Of a DNA stretch of 64,000 nucleotides, positions 63,845-64,000 are shown one piece after another. The notes below the pieces were generated by a model, which saw only the letters and a list, made by a program, of their open reading frames with translations, ran no database searches and was not told the DNA's origin. How positions within the stretch are numbered: the first letter of the stretch is position 1; each line of letters begins with the position of its first letter. This DNA is from an uncultured Actinomycetes bacterium (GTDB lineage Bacteria; Actinomycetota; Thermoleophilia; UBA2241): the NCBI GenBank assembly GCA_963733255.1, contig CAVTCH010000007.1:84839-148838 (forward strand), written 5' to 3'. Position numbers and translations under genes: made by a program.

Positions 63845-64000
63845 CGTCGGGAAGCGGAGCGTACTCGGTCGCCGGTTGGTCATCGTCGCCGCGTTGCTTG
63901 TGGCGGCGTTTGTCCTGGTCGTGGATGTTCCGCTACTTCCTGCAGAACAGGGCAGCACAGAACCGGGCGAAGGCACCGGTGCGAAGTTTCGTGCGCGACT

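Overview
This is a high-GC (roughly 70%), densely coding chromosomal segment. It looks like Actinomycetota (possibly Thermoleophilia-like), judged from GGAGG-type ribosome-binding sites, frequent GTG/TTG starts and the protein families present; the taxonomy is inference only. I support about 58 CDS, one frameshifted gene (ftsX), one tRNA (Arg-CCG), several terminator hairpins and four families of short direct or tandem repeats. I saw no CRISPR array, rRNA, transposase or integrase.

Gene content:
- Regulators: an RsbW-like kinase, a MalT/LuxR (LAL-type) regulator, two or three TetR regulators and an HTH-GAF regulator.
- Envelope genes: a translationally coupled GT2-GtrA/GT39 pair, a class A PBP, DedA and YihY.
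- A c-di-GMP pair: GAF-GGDEF next to PAS-degenerate GGDEF.
- Transporters: a MacB-type exporter with two different adaptors, an ABC-2 exporter, an amino-acid ABC importer, an APC permease and an MFS transporter.
- A core block: ftsE-ftsX-ctp(S41)-rnr-smpB-PCD-tRNA-Arg.
- Many peptidases and one inhibitor: a G1 glutamic peptidase, a serpin, a 1050-aa S8 subtilase, a papain-like protein and an S41 peptidase.

Items most worth a second look:
1. An unassignable 520-aa protein followed by a papain-like Cys peptidase and a degenerate MBL-fold protein (37.6-40.7 kb). It is divergent from a YadA-head-like repeat lipoprotein plus the S8 subtilase.
2. A membrane-anchored, inhibitory-type serpin preceded by four 23-bp direct repeats.
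3. A 60-nt CTAG-bounded element, present once after dedA and three times in tandem between ctp and rnr.
4. A histidine ammonia-lyase homologue whose MIO triad reads Ala-Cys-Gly instead of Ala-Ser-Gly.
5. A +1 frame break in ftsX.
6. A 525-nt intergenic region upstream of ftsE filled with ~33-nt tandem repeats.
7. A drop in GC directly after the tRNA-Arg at the window edge.

Most long ORFs in the six-frame track that overlap the calls below are antisense or out-of-frame shadows typical of high-GC DNA.
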